A stretch of DNA of 61,881 bases, the filler included, from Asterionella formosa (Eukaryota): NCBI GenBank assembly GCA_002256025.1. It is 5 parts of 5 records of this genome, joined end to end, with 100 filler letters (N's around TTAATTAATTAA, not from the genome) between each part and the next. Parts side by side here need not be neighbours in the genome. Positions count along the whole stretch, not along the records: positions 24,832 to 37,131 come from NKIB01007652.1; positions 37,232 to 49,509 come from NKIB01007664.1; 3 more parts are not named here. One strand, written 5' to 3'. Positions 25,540 to 38,349 of this stretch are shown in pieces (position 1 is the first letter of the stretch; the number at the start of each line of letters is the position of its first letter). A program made the translations under genes and the position numbers. The notes under the pieces are model-generated. The model saw nothing but the letters and a program-made list of their open reading frames with translations. It was not told the origin of the DNA and made no database searches.

Positions 25540-27120
25540 TCATGGAAATATGATGGTTTTTATTCGCAGACGACCGCCCACCTTAAATTGAGGTTCCCCA
25601 TTGGTGTAACCTCGGATTTTGGGTATCTCACTGAATGTTTTCAGAAAACTCTCTCGACATTCTGATCGAGCCTTCTTCATGCCAGATTTACATTTTTCGA
25701 ACTCGGTTTTGAATTTGACCATAGCTTTGGAGGGAAAAATTTCTTTTTTAATATCTACACCAGGGCAAATACGATATTTGCGTGCAATCTCGTGAATGCA
25801 TTTCAAATGACTTTTCAAACTAACTCCATGTTCAGGATCACGTACTTCAACGTTGCCTTCATTTAGATCAAAACAATATAGAACATAAATAAATCACAAT
25901 AAGGAATTCAATGGAGGGTTGGAGATAAAAATTGTTAGATGGATAAGGACATTCAGTATTCCAGTCATTTCTGTCTTGAGATTCAACAATTACATGAATG
26001 TTTGAGGGATGCAGTTCATGAACAATGACCTTCACAATGGCGGTCAAAATTTCAATATCCCAATATGCACAATGGTCCAGTTCATTACGATTGTCCCTGT
26101 ACTGCATCTCTGACAATTTAAGGGAATACTCATTCCTGCAATATTGACGTACTTCTGAGGGGGAGCGAGAGTATGTATTGTAGTATAGCTTATGTGACTC
26201 CGGATGCAATGGAAGTGGGAACCGGAAAGGTGAATCAAATACTTGGCAATTCACGCAGAATGGGCAGGACATGCTTTCCACAAAAAAAGAGGGTGAAACA
26301 CTATAAGGGTAATCGTTGAAACATTCCAATTCGTCGCCATATCCCGAAACAGCAGCTGCTACCTTTCCCTTTATCGATTTTTTCGATACAAGTAATTGAT
26401 GTGTTTCTTCAATTCTCCTCTCTCTTTCGCTTAAATATTTATGAATTCCTTCATCAAATAATTTCAATAATGATTTATCATTACAGGACAAATCACTTAT
26501 CTCCTTGACCTGCTCAATTATTGTCCCAGTGACTGCAACAGTTTCGGATATCTTTGGTAAGTAGTCATGAATTACATCCAGACTGGCGACCATGTCCTGT
26601 TTCAATATTTCCAACTCTTTACTAGATAAATGGGACAAATCACTTTCCTCCTCGACCTGTTTTTTATGTGCTTTCCCAATCACTCCTACAATTTCGGAAC
26701 TCTTTGGTGACAAGTCATGGACTGCTTCTTCCGGATTGGCAACCATGTCTGGAGTTGCCTTTAATTTACATTTTGCTTTTGCTTTGGAAGGGGGAGATGA
26801 TGAACTGGCATCAACTATTTCGTTTTCACTCGCCTGTGTCAATGCATAAACGGAGAATACATGATGTCGGTGATCTTTATTTGGAATGACAGGTATGACT
26901 AATTCCATCGGCTTGTCAGGGAAAAAAGTTCCCAATTTCGGCGATGCTTCTCAAATGTGGCCGTAATGGTGCACAGAAGCTTGTTCCTCTTTTCTTCTGT
27001 ATCAATACCAGCACCAACAATATTAGTAAAAATACAGGGATAATTTGAAACGCCCCAATAATGGAGAAGTTTATCAACATCATTGGACTCATTTCGACAA
27101 CCATTGTTGCTGTACGACAT
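25540..27120 (-). pseudogene. Ulp1-like protease gene remnant, paralog of 50200-52645
   Basis: Shares C..C, AYWDIEILT..V..IVHELH, VRDP and IARKY.I.PG blocks with the 51-52 kb ORFs. Frameshifted, and the catalytic Cys segment is not seen. Confidence 0.55.
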
Positions 27121-28149
27121 TGGAATCAGCTTTTGATTGAATAATTGTTAATCTGGTACCCTCATAAATATTTTACACTTCGGAGTGGCGAGAACATATG
27201 TGTGGGACAAGTTACACTAAGTATTTGTAAGCTATATATGTAAAGCGGTCACTTTGTGGAAAGTATATGTGTGGCAATGGGGTAGGCTGTCCTATATATT
27301 GCCTCTGATGTTGCCGATAAAGAGATTTCTTAAAACAATGGGATAGTACAATGTTATTAAGCAACAAAGTTACGATTGGTATTTCGAACCCCCTGCTATT
27401 CAAGGTTCATGTGATGCTACTGTTTCTATTTCCTGAATGAAATGAGAAGCTACTTCCTGATTAGTGATGTTGCGGCTCTTATTCTGCAGCATACAAACGT
27501 GCTCGCCAATAGCTAGTCAATGAGAATGGAAAACCCATGATTAAGGCCTTGAGCAACAAACTGCGCTACCATCTGGTCCATATTCACTTTGATCCACATC
27601 TCATCTTGAAGAACAGATTCGAAATACGGATAGATGTTCGCAAAGAGCGAACTATGATCAAAAGGTACTATCTTCTTGATTTCGGTTGGAATTGGAATCA
27701 GGTGTGGCCTTCAATGTAGCGTTCTCCAATTCTGTTGTATAAATGGACCACAGCTTTTGATTTCGAGTAACAAACAAACAATCAAACTTCGCCAGCATAA
27801 TTCCCCATCAATATCGAGACCATATCATTCGTTATAAGACTGGCTGAGATCATCTTTGTCCCCGCAAGAAGGTATCTTGTAAGGGATTGTTCAACAAACG
27901 CACAAGGCTTGTAAGAAATTCGATTACTGATATGCGAATGGAGAGATAATGAAGAATACTAACGGTACAAGAATTGGATCAAAGCATGTACCGGTAGCGC
28001 CTTCAAATTGGAATGGCAACAAGGAACGCACCGTTGTTGCACAGAATTCATTCTGATAGCATCGTTGGGTACAAGGTTTACATACATGTAAGGTGATCTG
28101 TGTAAAGTCATAACCTTTGCTAAAACAATAATTGATCAAAGAGCAACAG

Positions 28150-28500
28150 CTATTGATCAATCAAACAACGTATCAATATATCAAAGCATTCGGTTTGCAT
28201 ATTCGTTTTGATAACTAATATATATGACTTCTATCTATGCGGAACCTGACGTGTGTAAGAAAATAATCTGACAAACAAATTTGATTGACCACACCAACAT
28301 GGTCATTGATATATCAAAATTATCATCAAGATAACACAACATTTGATCAATATATCAACAATTTGGATTAACCGATTAGATTTGGTAACTAATATATACG
28401 AGTTCTTGTATACGCATAACCTAACGTGTGTATGCTAGTAACCTAACATACAAATTTGATTGATCATACAGACACTGCCGTTGATATATCAAAATTATCA
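28150..28500. repeat. Degenerate tandem repeat, ~173-bp period
   Basis: TTTG.TAACTAATATATA...CAAATTTGATTGA...TTGATATATCAAAATTATCAT occurs at ~28208 and ~28381. Confidence 0.7.
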
Positions 28501-29319
28501 TGTCAAAATATTCGAATAATCAATCAGTTTTTTAACGTATGCTGATTAAAACGTTAGATCTAATGGAAAATCTATTCACAGACGTCGTTAACTCCGGAAA
28601 ATGAAAATAGTCTTGTCTACCATTCATGTCAGGCATAACCTTACTGCTTGATACATTTTCCATTTCGATTGCGTTCTCCTATTCAATGCCATTTTTCGTT
28701 CCAAGAGGACAATCTTATTGGTAAATAATTTTTAAAGCGCATTAGTACTAGCCTCGCTACAGGATTGTATTCATTGCGCTCCATGGCCCTGAAAAGTTTG
28801 GGCGGTGGAGGTTGGATGGTGGTGGTCACTCCCTTTTGTAGGAGTTTGGAAAAAAAATTGGGTCATCTATGATCAGTTCCTGGTGTTGAAATACCGCTGT
28901 TTGCATACACTGGTCTGTAACCTGGGTGTTGCCTGTTGTTTATGTTCTATGTTCCTCTCCCGGATTTCTTGTTTGGTTTAAGTACTGTCTTAGTGTCTGG
29001 ATCTGATTTGGATGCGTGGACATTGTCAATAGCCTTACTCAATTTACTGATGCTGTTGGGTGGATCTCGGTCATTTTGGTCTATCTCCATGTAGTTCTTG
29101 TCAATTCTTGTGCTTCTTTCATCTGTTTTTTGTTCAGTATGTACTGAACAGGTAAGGTGGGACGGAAATGGTCTGTCTGGATCTGATTTGGATGCGTGGA
29201 CATTGCAGCTGTAAATATACATCGCCCTACATGGTGAGAGAGGCTGCTTACCAGTTACTTTAATATATAAGGGAGAGGGCAATCTCATTATGAAGTTGTT
29301 GAACATAAAATAACAATGG

Positions 29320-30085
29320 AAAATGATGCTTTTGGTCAATCAATGTCTCATGAGTAAGATGGAACTGTGAGATATACTTTTGATTGTCATCTGTGGTAAG
29401 CTGTAACTCTATAGTATTTGTCTTTGGAATATCGGTGACTGGTGCATCCTCATTTCTTCCTTGAATGGGCGAATAGAAAGGCGGCATCTTCTTGTTACCT
29501 TGAGTTGACAGTAATGAAATAAAATCTTCGTCAGAATCTGGATCTTGATGATGAGGTCATTCCTTTTCTGCTGATGATGTATTATTAGCATAGTGTTTGT
29601 AAGCATGACTTGCATATTCAGACAGTTTCATTAACGGTGTAACCAGCCGTATTTTGTCTTTGACATGACTGTGAAGTTTTTTTTAGAGAATAGTCATAAT
29701 GATAATTGCTGTTCCGTAACTTCGTTTGAGATACGATCTCACCAGCACGTTTACCAGTTCGTTTTGTTCCCTTGTTTGACATGATGATAATGAAGTAGGA
29801 GTAGAATAAATGTAGATGTTTCAAAATCAAAGCTTGAAACTTTATCTACCGGTACTGGTATATTACTTCCATTTCTGGTGCGCCAACAATAAAAGTTACC
29901 CGTTAAGTGTGTTAGGTCATGACGAATTATTAATGGATCATTCATTCACGTTTTTTATAGTACGAAGATTTAATCTGAGTACATAATGATTTAGATATGT
30001 TATGTGTTGATCATGATCAAACTAATATTGTGTCGATTAAATATCGTTGATGTACTGTACTGTCTGAGTCATGTAAGTACCAGTA
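29320..30085 (-). repeat. Dispersed ~770-bp repeat with decayed coding sequence (copy at ~41885-42680)
   Basis: Collinear sequence and matching ORF translations (QDPDSD.DFISLLST.GN.KMPPFY.PIQ) on two scaffolds. Confidence 0.85.
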
Positions 30086-31944
30086 TACATCACACATCAT
30101 AGTTATGTACGAGTGGTACCTGGTTGGATAGATGTGTACTTACAAAATATCGAATCGTGGATTCTATTTTATGTGATTCGATCAATTCGAGTAATGACAA
30201 TATGATTATATTTGAATGAACGATGGCGCGTATTAGTTCAATGGAATGAATCTTGGTTTTGACATGAGATGTCAATTCATTTATTGTAAAGTGTGAACAA
30301 CCAAGACATTGGAGTAATCATGGTGAGGAAACATATCGTGTTCGGGAATGAACAGTTGTTGCGATGGACAACAATCTGAGAAAGTTCATCTTTGGAGTTT
30401 TAGTTTTAGCTCATAACAAGTAATGTGTGAAATCTATTTTCAACTTTAGTTTGGAGTCTTAAAACTTAAGACAAGTCAAGTTATCACCGAAGCTAGGAAT
30501 ACGAATAGTTGGACGAGTAAGCTCGCAGCTATTAACGTAAACTAGATACTTTAGCAGTGTACTACAAGGAATTCGACATTAATAACAATATCTCTCATCC
30601 CTCCCTGCAGATGCAAGAATGAGGATTGATACCCTATCACTTATCAATCAAGCATGAAAGTCGATGTCAGTTATATTCTCTTTATCTGTTCATTTGTCTA
30701 TTGGAGCGCGATGTTGTATTTTCTCTTCAATTATGTTTATAAAAAACCCTTGCTTGCTTGTTATTGATTCTATCGCTTCACGTTGTTACGACGTCATCTC
30801 GGTGCACTTGAGTGTAAAGAAGAGCGCTTGTGATCATACATTGTGGATTGTTTCGTTGCATCTATGATGTAGAGATGGTTTACTCATTGCAACACTTTTG
30901 CTAACATTGTTCTTATCTCCTACAGGAAAATCAGATAAAAAGGTTAGGGAATATGAGTTTGCTGTCATTTGTAATAGTGGAATTTTGAATGTTACATCAG
31001 CAATTTCGATGACTTTTTCATTTCATCTTTAAGAATTTTAAAGTGAATGATATATGTCACTGAAACAAAAAGGAATCAACGATGACCTATGTGCTCATTC
31101 AGTTAAAGGACGTGAAGTGGGAACGGATGCTGCATGCATAAAAAATATAAAATTGAATAGCAATCCATGGAACTCGACTTTTCTAGATTGTTGATCGAAC
31201 ATCATAATATGTTTGACCAAAAGTAAGATTGCTTTAGATCTGTAGAAATGAATGCGTAAGGTCGAAAGCTAAGTATCATTTTATCAAACACTCCAAATGT
31301 CAGGAACATTACTTGATAAAAAAGTAACGGTTCTGTTATTAACGGTGATGCAATTGTTGGAACGATTAATTTTTGCGTGCATTGTTGATATATGAATAGA
31401 TTGAATGTATAATACTAAGGGAACACTACCTGATGCATGATATGATATTTGTTATTTTTTTCCGGTTGTTATTTTTATTTAAGCTACGCATATGCATATT
31501 ACTGCTCATATATATCTAGATGCTCGTAGCTGGCCTGTCACCGTTGACAATCCTTGTTACTCCATGATACACTGTAATACAAATTAGTGATACAGTGTCA
31601 CTTTTGGAATGAATGCAGTTCAAATCGAGTTACCATTGCTGATACATTTTCAAAAAAATAAAAATCAAATTCCGTGATACACGAAAAAAATGATAAGAAC
31701 GGCCCTTAGAAACGCTTCTGAAAATTTATGAAAACCAATACAATGCTGAGTACTATGATTGTATTATCATTTTAAGTATGATCATATGATCATACTAATA
31801 GTATGAATGATCATGCATATATGTGCAAAAGTATCATATACTGAAAATCCTGTGGCACTTAGTGTACAATACCTTGATTCTACATACATGATACTTTTAA
31901 TTTGCAGACAATATTTATGGGGCACGATCAACATGCCATTGATA

Positions 31945-32430
31945 TTTCTTAGGCAGACATGATCAAGTGGTGGGTCGATAAATTGTTCGCGGTTCACCCC
32001 GACATGAAAAGTCACACTGGGCAGCGATGACATTAGAGTAAGGAATAATCTATGGAACTTCTACATGTCAAAAGCATAGTAACACAAAAAGTTCCACTGA
32101 GGGAGAGTTGGTAGGTAAGCGTAAATGATGCCATGCCCCAAATTCTTTGGACTCTTATTTCTTTGGAGGCTCAGGGTCAGCTATAAGGTGACAGATTCAG
32201 GGATCTATCAAGATAATCAAAGTGCTATCCTCTTGGAAAAGCATCTAGTGGCAAGCGCACATGAAACATTAATATGTGATACTTCTTTGTGATTGATCAG
32301 ATTGCAGCAAATGAGGTGACCATGAAATACTGTCCAACTGGGAACATGATTGCTGATTTCTTTACTAAAGCACTACAGGTGGCCGCCTTCCAGAAGTTTA
32401 GAGACCAAATTATGAATGTTGATCCAGCTG
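31945..32430 (+). mobile_element. Ty1/copia retrotransposon RNase H remnant
   Basis: IKWWVD, HPDMKSHTG, KSSTEGELVG, YQDNQSAILLEK, YCPTGNMIADFFTKALQ..FQKFRDQIMN across frameshifts. Confidence 0.9.
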
Positions 32431-32899
32431 TCCCAGGCCTACTGGATCCCATTAGTGTGCTGGAGAATATGGATGCTGACGTACACACCACGGACAGTGT
32501 ATGGATTCGGTACACCAGCGAAAAAGAAAAAGGGCACGTATCAGTGATGATTCCACCACGATGACTCTATTGCAGGAATACATATGTTGTAAGCATGAGT
32601 TGATTGTTGCCTGATATGGCTGACTCGTCGTACTTAAAGATTCAACAATGATGATTGTGGGTCGATTTTTGTCAATGAGGACAAGTTAAATTACTGCACC
32701 AAATATGTTGAGCTGCAGCATGGAAAGGATTTCATCAGCACTGGTGATTGATGCCAATGTGACAGACAACTGTGTTGTCATTCTATTCTTCATTGCTACT
32801 GCTTTGTGATTAAAGAGGCTAGAAACACCTCAGAAGACATCTTATATATTTGGTGTTGTGTAAAAAAATAGAATGTTTGTTCAGTGTCCTTTACCAAAG

Positions 32900-34006
32900 T
32901 TAAAAATCCCATGGGGGATGTTCCTCATCATCCTCTGATGAATTCTCCTCGTTCCCACTAATGGTTGAAACTTGCAGCTCGTCAAATAGTGCATCCTCTG
33001 ATTCTTCCTGCTGCACTTTCATTTGGTGAACCTCCATTGCATGCTGCAAGTATGTTCGCTCTTGCTTTTTCTTTCCACGTCGAAAAATAGCGTTGCTAGT
33101 GCCGCGTGATAGCTTTTCCGTCAGTTCTTGCAGTCCAGTCAACTGTTGTAACTCTCTAGTTCGCCTTCTCTGCCCTCTGGATTTATTCACTTCCTTCGAT
33201 CCCGCTTGGATCTCCCCCCACGAAAAGCCGGCATTGCGCAGCATATCTTCGCGAACGGACCGAGGGAGATTCATTTGGGATCCGGTTCGGCGAGGTGGAT
33301 GTTGAGATTCAAACTCGTCGAGAGACATGCAAATGGTCCCGTCGTGGTCCCAACTCAGGGTGAGAGGCGGTCCCCAATTTCCCCCGGGATTGTCACCTAG
33401 CGTGACAGGGTATTCTCTAATTTCGCAGACTCCAAATTGGACGCCTTGTCCAATTAAGTGTTGGCGCCTCCAACGACGCATATCTCTGTAGGTGTAGTCA
33501 TTTTTCTCCAAGTGCAGTGAATCTGCTTGTGTCTTGACGACCAAAATGCCGCGGTTCTTGATAAAGTTGACGTTGGCCTGTTGCTGAGTGGTAAGATCTG
33601 AAGTTGACATCCTGCGTGACATTTTGACTCTCGTGGCTGGGCGAGCAAGATGGGAAAGATCGCCTGTGGAACTTGACTTGAACAAGCGGGCTTCCTCGGG
33701 ATCGACGTGGCCAAAGGGCGTCCTTGTGATCTTTGTCTGCAAGGTATTGTGATCGCTTTCGTTGGGAGCAACAACATACGATTCTTCTTGCTTCGCTTCT
33801 TCGCCGCGTTTGACCAACGGTTCGTCGCATTCCGAATAATCAGAGACCAACATCGGCACTTGCGACAATGTGAAGCTAAGCCTATTTGCTTCAACGTCTG
33901 TCAACTGCTGCTTGACAGCGTCATTTCTCGGAATGGCACTTTCTGCGCCGCGATCGACGTGACTCAATGTCATCGTTTTGTGCTTCTCCGCCTGACGAAC
34001 TTGCAT
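32900..34006 (-). CDS. Conserved diatom-type hypothetical protein
   Basis: 368-aa ORF with VQFG..EIREY..TLGDNPG...GPPLTLSW...LDEFE..HPPRR motif. Confidence 0.7.
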   Translation of the reverse strand: MQVRQAEKHKTMTLSHVDRGAESAIPRNDAVKQQLTDVEANRLSFTLSQVPMLVSDYSECDEPLVKRGEEAKQEESYVVAPNESDHNTLQTKITRTPFGHVDPEEARLFKSSSTGDLSHLARPATRVKMSRRMSTSDLTTQQQANVNFIKNRGILVVKTQADSLHLEKNDYTYRDMRRWRRQHLIGQGVQFGVCEIREYPVTLGDNPGGNWGPPLTLSWDHDGTICMSLDEFESQHPPRRTGSQMNLPRSVREDMLRNAGFSWGEIQAGSKEVNKSRGQRRRTRELQQLTGLQELTEKLSRGTSNAIFRRGKKKQERTYLQHAMEVHQMKVQQEESEDALFDELQVSTISGNEENSSEDDEEHPPWDF

Positions 34007-36039
34007 TTGTGTCTCTATTACAGTATCAGGTAGAGAGTGTATAGCGCGTACGGCTTGGATTACCGGTAAGAACCTAATTTTGGTAAATATTCCGTTGTCT
34101 CCTCTCGTTTTGGAAAATGTGAGTTTACATGCGAACAGGGAAGGAGAAGAATGGTATGTGCTACCGGTACTCCCAACCTACCTGATTTATCATATACTTC
34201 GTGCTATGAATTATGGCTACGTATGTGTCAGTTCGTTCACCACGCACGTACCGGGATTTAATTTAATCATACGTGTGCTTATTTTGAAAGTCGTAGTATG
34301 TGTTAACGGCAGGATGGAAAGGAACTTGAGGAGTAGGTACGATATGTGTACCGCGGTAATCATGTTTGTCATCGGATGTTAAAGATCCCTTCTATGTAAT
34401 ACCGGTTCCAGGTGCTGTACCAGTTTGAACACGTACATACAACTCTCAACACATGTGTACCATGTAGGGGTAAATACTTTGATGATGAGGATGGTGAAGT
34501 GATACACTGCAATTATGTGGTACCACGTACAAGGTACCTGTCACAGTTCAGAACAGGGGGTTGACAGGAACTCACAAGTAGTAAAAAAGCCAAGTATATA
34601 GTAACTGTGTTTCATCTAAAATCGACCTCGTATCACGTTTTCCGAAACCACAAAAGAACGCGAAGTTCGCGCCAAAGACCGCAAACGACGTACCGCAGAA
34701 AAATGTCGCATATCAGGATGTCCCCATTCCTATGCGGGGGTCTTTTAAGGTCTTTTCGTTTGAACTCTATCAGTGCGATCCTACCATGAATACGATTTCT
34801 TGCATGTATGGGAAGTGATGTTCATATTGCCCCAGGATGTCTGATGCCTTATCATTGAAGAAAAGATAGTCGTCCGTACTTTTCAAGAACTTCGCGAAAG
34901 TGCCCGAACTTCGCAAAAGTGCCCGAACTTCACAAAAGACCCGACGAACTTCGCGAACTTCGATTGAGAGAATTGGAAATTTAATAGCGAGGTCTGTGCA
35001 CGATAAACATAAGGAATTTTCCACCTACCGAGGAAGAATGGAGCTTTCCCGTACCTCCCATCAGAGGTCGGTAAAATTATCCTGCAGTATATAATTTGTA
35101 AAAATCAAGCCAAATTGTATTTTTCTGTAGGCCTCAAGTAGATCGTTCTACTGCGGATGGTAAAATACCTTGACGGTATTTTTCCGTACGTGATCACGAG
35201 AAAATACAGTATTGTACAACAAAGAAAAAATCAACCCTGTTGTATTGATGGTTGATTATGTACTCCCTTTTTGGTTGAAAAATCAACTCTGATTATTCGT
35301 AGGAAGGCCGTGATGTACGTGTGGATGCATGAAAAATATGGACCTGAAGGTGGTGGTACCAGGTGAAGTATCTAACTAGAAGTAGTAATATTTGTTGAAT
35401 ATATAAGAGCTAATTTATCTTATGTACAACTTGTTTCCCAAGTTGAAATCAAAGTACCAGTAGGTCTATGGTGGTGCAATGTGGTGCAGCGACAATATCA
35501 GTATTTGTATGTGCAAAAACGTTCTCGTAGACTCAGAGTCTTGCGTAGGTATGTTTCGCTGAATAATTCTCAGTCCGAAAAGACTCCAGGGTACGTTCCC
35601 GCTTCACTACACATATTCTGATTGGTTGAATTGAATTTATTCACCTGCTTCAGATTCACTGAAGTATCCCGATCTTGTAAAATCCTGCCAACCACACTGG
35701 AGCCACACGCATTAGATGTACTGAATAAAATCAGTACCGGTACTACCGGTAGTATATCCTGTCCTCCATCATGATGAACCAATATAATGTACTCCCTGCT
35801 GGTGGTGCTCCGAGTACCGAAATATCTTTGTGCATGGAGTGATGTTGAAACTACATACAGCAACGTAGATTCATTGTGAATGAATAAACAAGGGCGATGA
35901 GCATTCATGTTGGCATACTCCAAATTTAAATATGTGTTTTGCTGTTGAGCAAAATTATGTCTACATACAGCAACATAGAAAAAGTATAAACATTTAAAAA
36001 TCATAATTTTTTTAAATATGGAACTCTATCAATCTGGCC

Positions 36040-37131
36040 CCGATTCCTATTTAATTCAAATATTTAAATGGACACTCTAATCATGAGAATTCATAGTAGG
36101 AAACTCCCTGTTCCACGCCGTTTTTACAACCCTAGCGATATTTTCTCGGAACTGGGGTTAAGCCGGGGCAGTAACCTAGTCATTTATCAAAGTAGGGGTA
36201 TAGGTCAACGCTATATATCGTCAGGACATAGGATCTGTCAAGAAATTGCAGAAAGGAACTTCGGTTTTTTCACTATCATGCTATAAAGAATGGAAATTTC
36301 GGGGGAAATCACTTTATTTGGCATAGTAAAAAAACGAAGTTCCTTTCTGCAGTTTCTTGCGGGAGGTTAAAAACTGATGCTATTTGAAGTTTACCTATGT
36401 ATCTAAATCGCCTTCAGACCCAGCCAACGTTGAGCTATTGTTGTCCCAAAATTCGACAAAATTGGCCTTTTCCATCTCCAAAATATCGGAATCAGAACCA
36501 AATAGCGCCGAAACATCATCTGTATCAGAGTCTTGTGATGCAATATTTAGTCATAATTTGCTGCTGATCTCGGACATATCCACACCCACCCTTCCACTTT
36601 GGGGCATCCTTCAAATTGGAACGTATGCATTGTGAATCATTGTAGTACTTACACACCAGCAGGCAACATTGACTTTCCATCACCACACAATCGAAGACCA
36701 AAATAAGAAGGGAAAAGCTGAACCCAATCTTGTCCTACATCGTTATGTAGCGTAAATGGTCTGGTTTCTGCAACCATGCGCATCGCTGTAGTAGCCTGAC
36801 ACCAGTAGCAGTATTTCCGCCACAGTCATTCCTCTCCGCTGCCCACCAAACAAGCAACCCTGATCATTCCATTCTGAGCAAGCGTGATCGCCACGCTGCT
36901 CCAGAACTATTGACTCTCTCTAGCTGAGTATTCTTCATGTAGCTTCTGATACGAACTCGTAGTAGAAATGTAGCAAAGCGCGTTAGTACAAGAAAAGCAT
37001 TGCTTGGCGGCAATATTGACATCATTGTCAACGACTATACAAATCAACAAATACGATCAACAACGGCACAATACCACATCTTCAATGAGTAGTCATTGAT
37101 AAATGCATTGGTTCTCATATAGATATGTACA
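36040..37131. mobile_element. Rearranged Kolobok relic
   Basis: 36190-36520 is an inverted copy of 47160-47500; 36120-36177 resembles the inverted left end; 36627-37131 is a direct copy of ~44965-45450. Confidence 0.75.
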
Positions 37132-37231
37132 NNNNNNNNNNNNNNNNNNNNNNNNNNNNNNNNNNNNNNNNNNNNTTAATTAATTAANNNNNNNNNNNNN
37201 NNNNNNNNNNNNNNNNNNNNNNNNNNNNNNN

Positions 37232-38255
37232 AGTTTCTTCTGTATCTCCAGTCGCTTCTCCTAGCCCAATTACAGAGGGTCCTATTACATCTGTTTCTCC
37301 AGTGATTTCCCCTATTGATCGGCCAACACTTGCTACACTTCCTCCTGATGCACCCCCAGTTTCTTCTGTATCTCCAGTCGCTTCTCCTAGCCCAATTACA
37401 GAGGGTCCTATTACATCTGTTTCTCCAGTGATTTCCCCTATTGATCGGCCAACACTTGCTACACTTCCTCCTGATGCACCCCCAGTTTTTTCTGTGTTTC
37501 CTATTGAAATTCCTTCTTTTCAACCATCTTTTAATCCTCCCCCCTCTACCACCTTTTCTCCCATCGCCTCTCAGACCCCATTTATCGGTCCTCCTGTTGT
37601 CACCAATGTTCCAACAGGGTCATCTTTTTCGCCCAGCCCTTCTTTCGCTCCCTTATTCTCTGTTGATTCTCCCACTGCTGAACCATCAATGATGATGATG
37701 GGAGGTATGAAAATGGGAAATATGAACATGAAAATGGGAAACATGAACATGAAAATGGGAAACATGAAAATGAATATTGGAAACATGAACATGAAAATGG
37801 GAAACATGAACATGAATATTGTAAACTTGAACATGAAAATGGGAAATGGGAACTTTGAAATGAAAAAAATGGGAATACCCAAAATGTTTATGGCCATTAA
37901 GCTTGACATGCCTATCATTCCAATTGGCATTGATACTTCTGAAAATGTAGGCGTTGGAAATATCAGTACTCTCGGTATGGTGAAGTTGTCGATGGTGGTG
38001 GGTATCCCTGAATTGGTATTTGCTATGCCCATCATGGGAATGAGAATGGATATTTCCGAAAATGATACCTTTGGAAATATCGGTATGATGGGCATGGTAA
38101 AGTTGGCCTTGAAGATTGGCATACTCGATAGGGGTATTGACATTTCCGAAAACCAAACCATTGGAAACAGCAGTATGAAGGGAATGGTGAGGTTGGTTCA
38201 AGTAGAAGGAAGAGCCAGAGTCATCAAGAGGGGTCTTCGCGGTCGTCGATATTGA
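37232..38255 (+). CDS. 5'-truncated Pro/Ser/Thr-rich protein with 42-aa repeats and a Met/Lys/Gly/Asn-rich tail
   Basis: 126-bp tandem repeats (37232 and 37358), 21-bp ATGAAAATGGGAAACATGAAC repeats (37707-37850), open frame ending RGLRGRRY*. Confidence 0.7.
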
Positions 38256-38349
38256 TAATTTCCAATATGCATCAGTGACATCAAAACGCCCATAAACATA
38301 TTCTACTCCTAAATATATAGTTTCTGTAATAGTTGATTTTGTTACAGGT

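Noticed and set aside
28995..29205. 30-bp direct repeat TCTGGATCTGATTTGGATGCGTGGACATTG in a 130-aa ORF
   Set aside because: The repeat is real, but there is no evidence the ORF is a gene; it lies within decayed repeat DNA.
34552..35242. Possible MITE bounded by AACAGGG..TTGA / TCAACCCTGTT with internal GAACTTCGC repeats
   Set aside because: TIR match is too short and no target duplication is identifiable.
37571..38201. Minus-strand ORFs (FMFPIF and His-rich)
   Set aside because: Antisense shadows of the Met-rich repeats.
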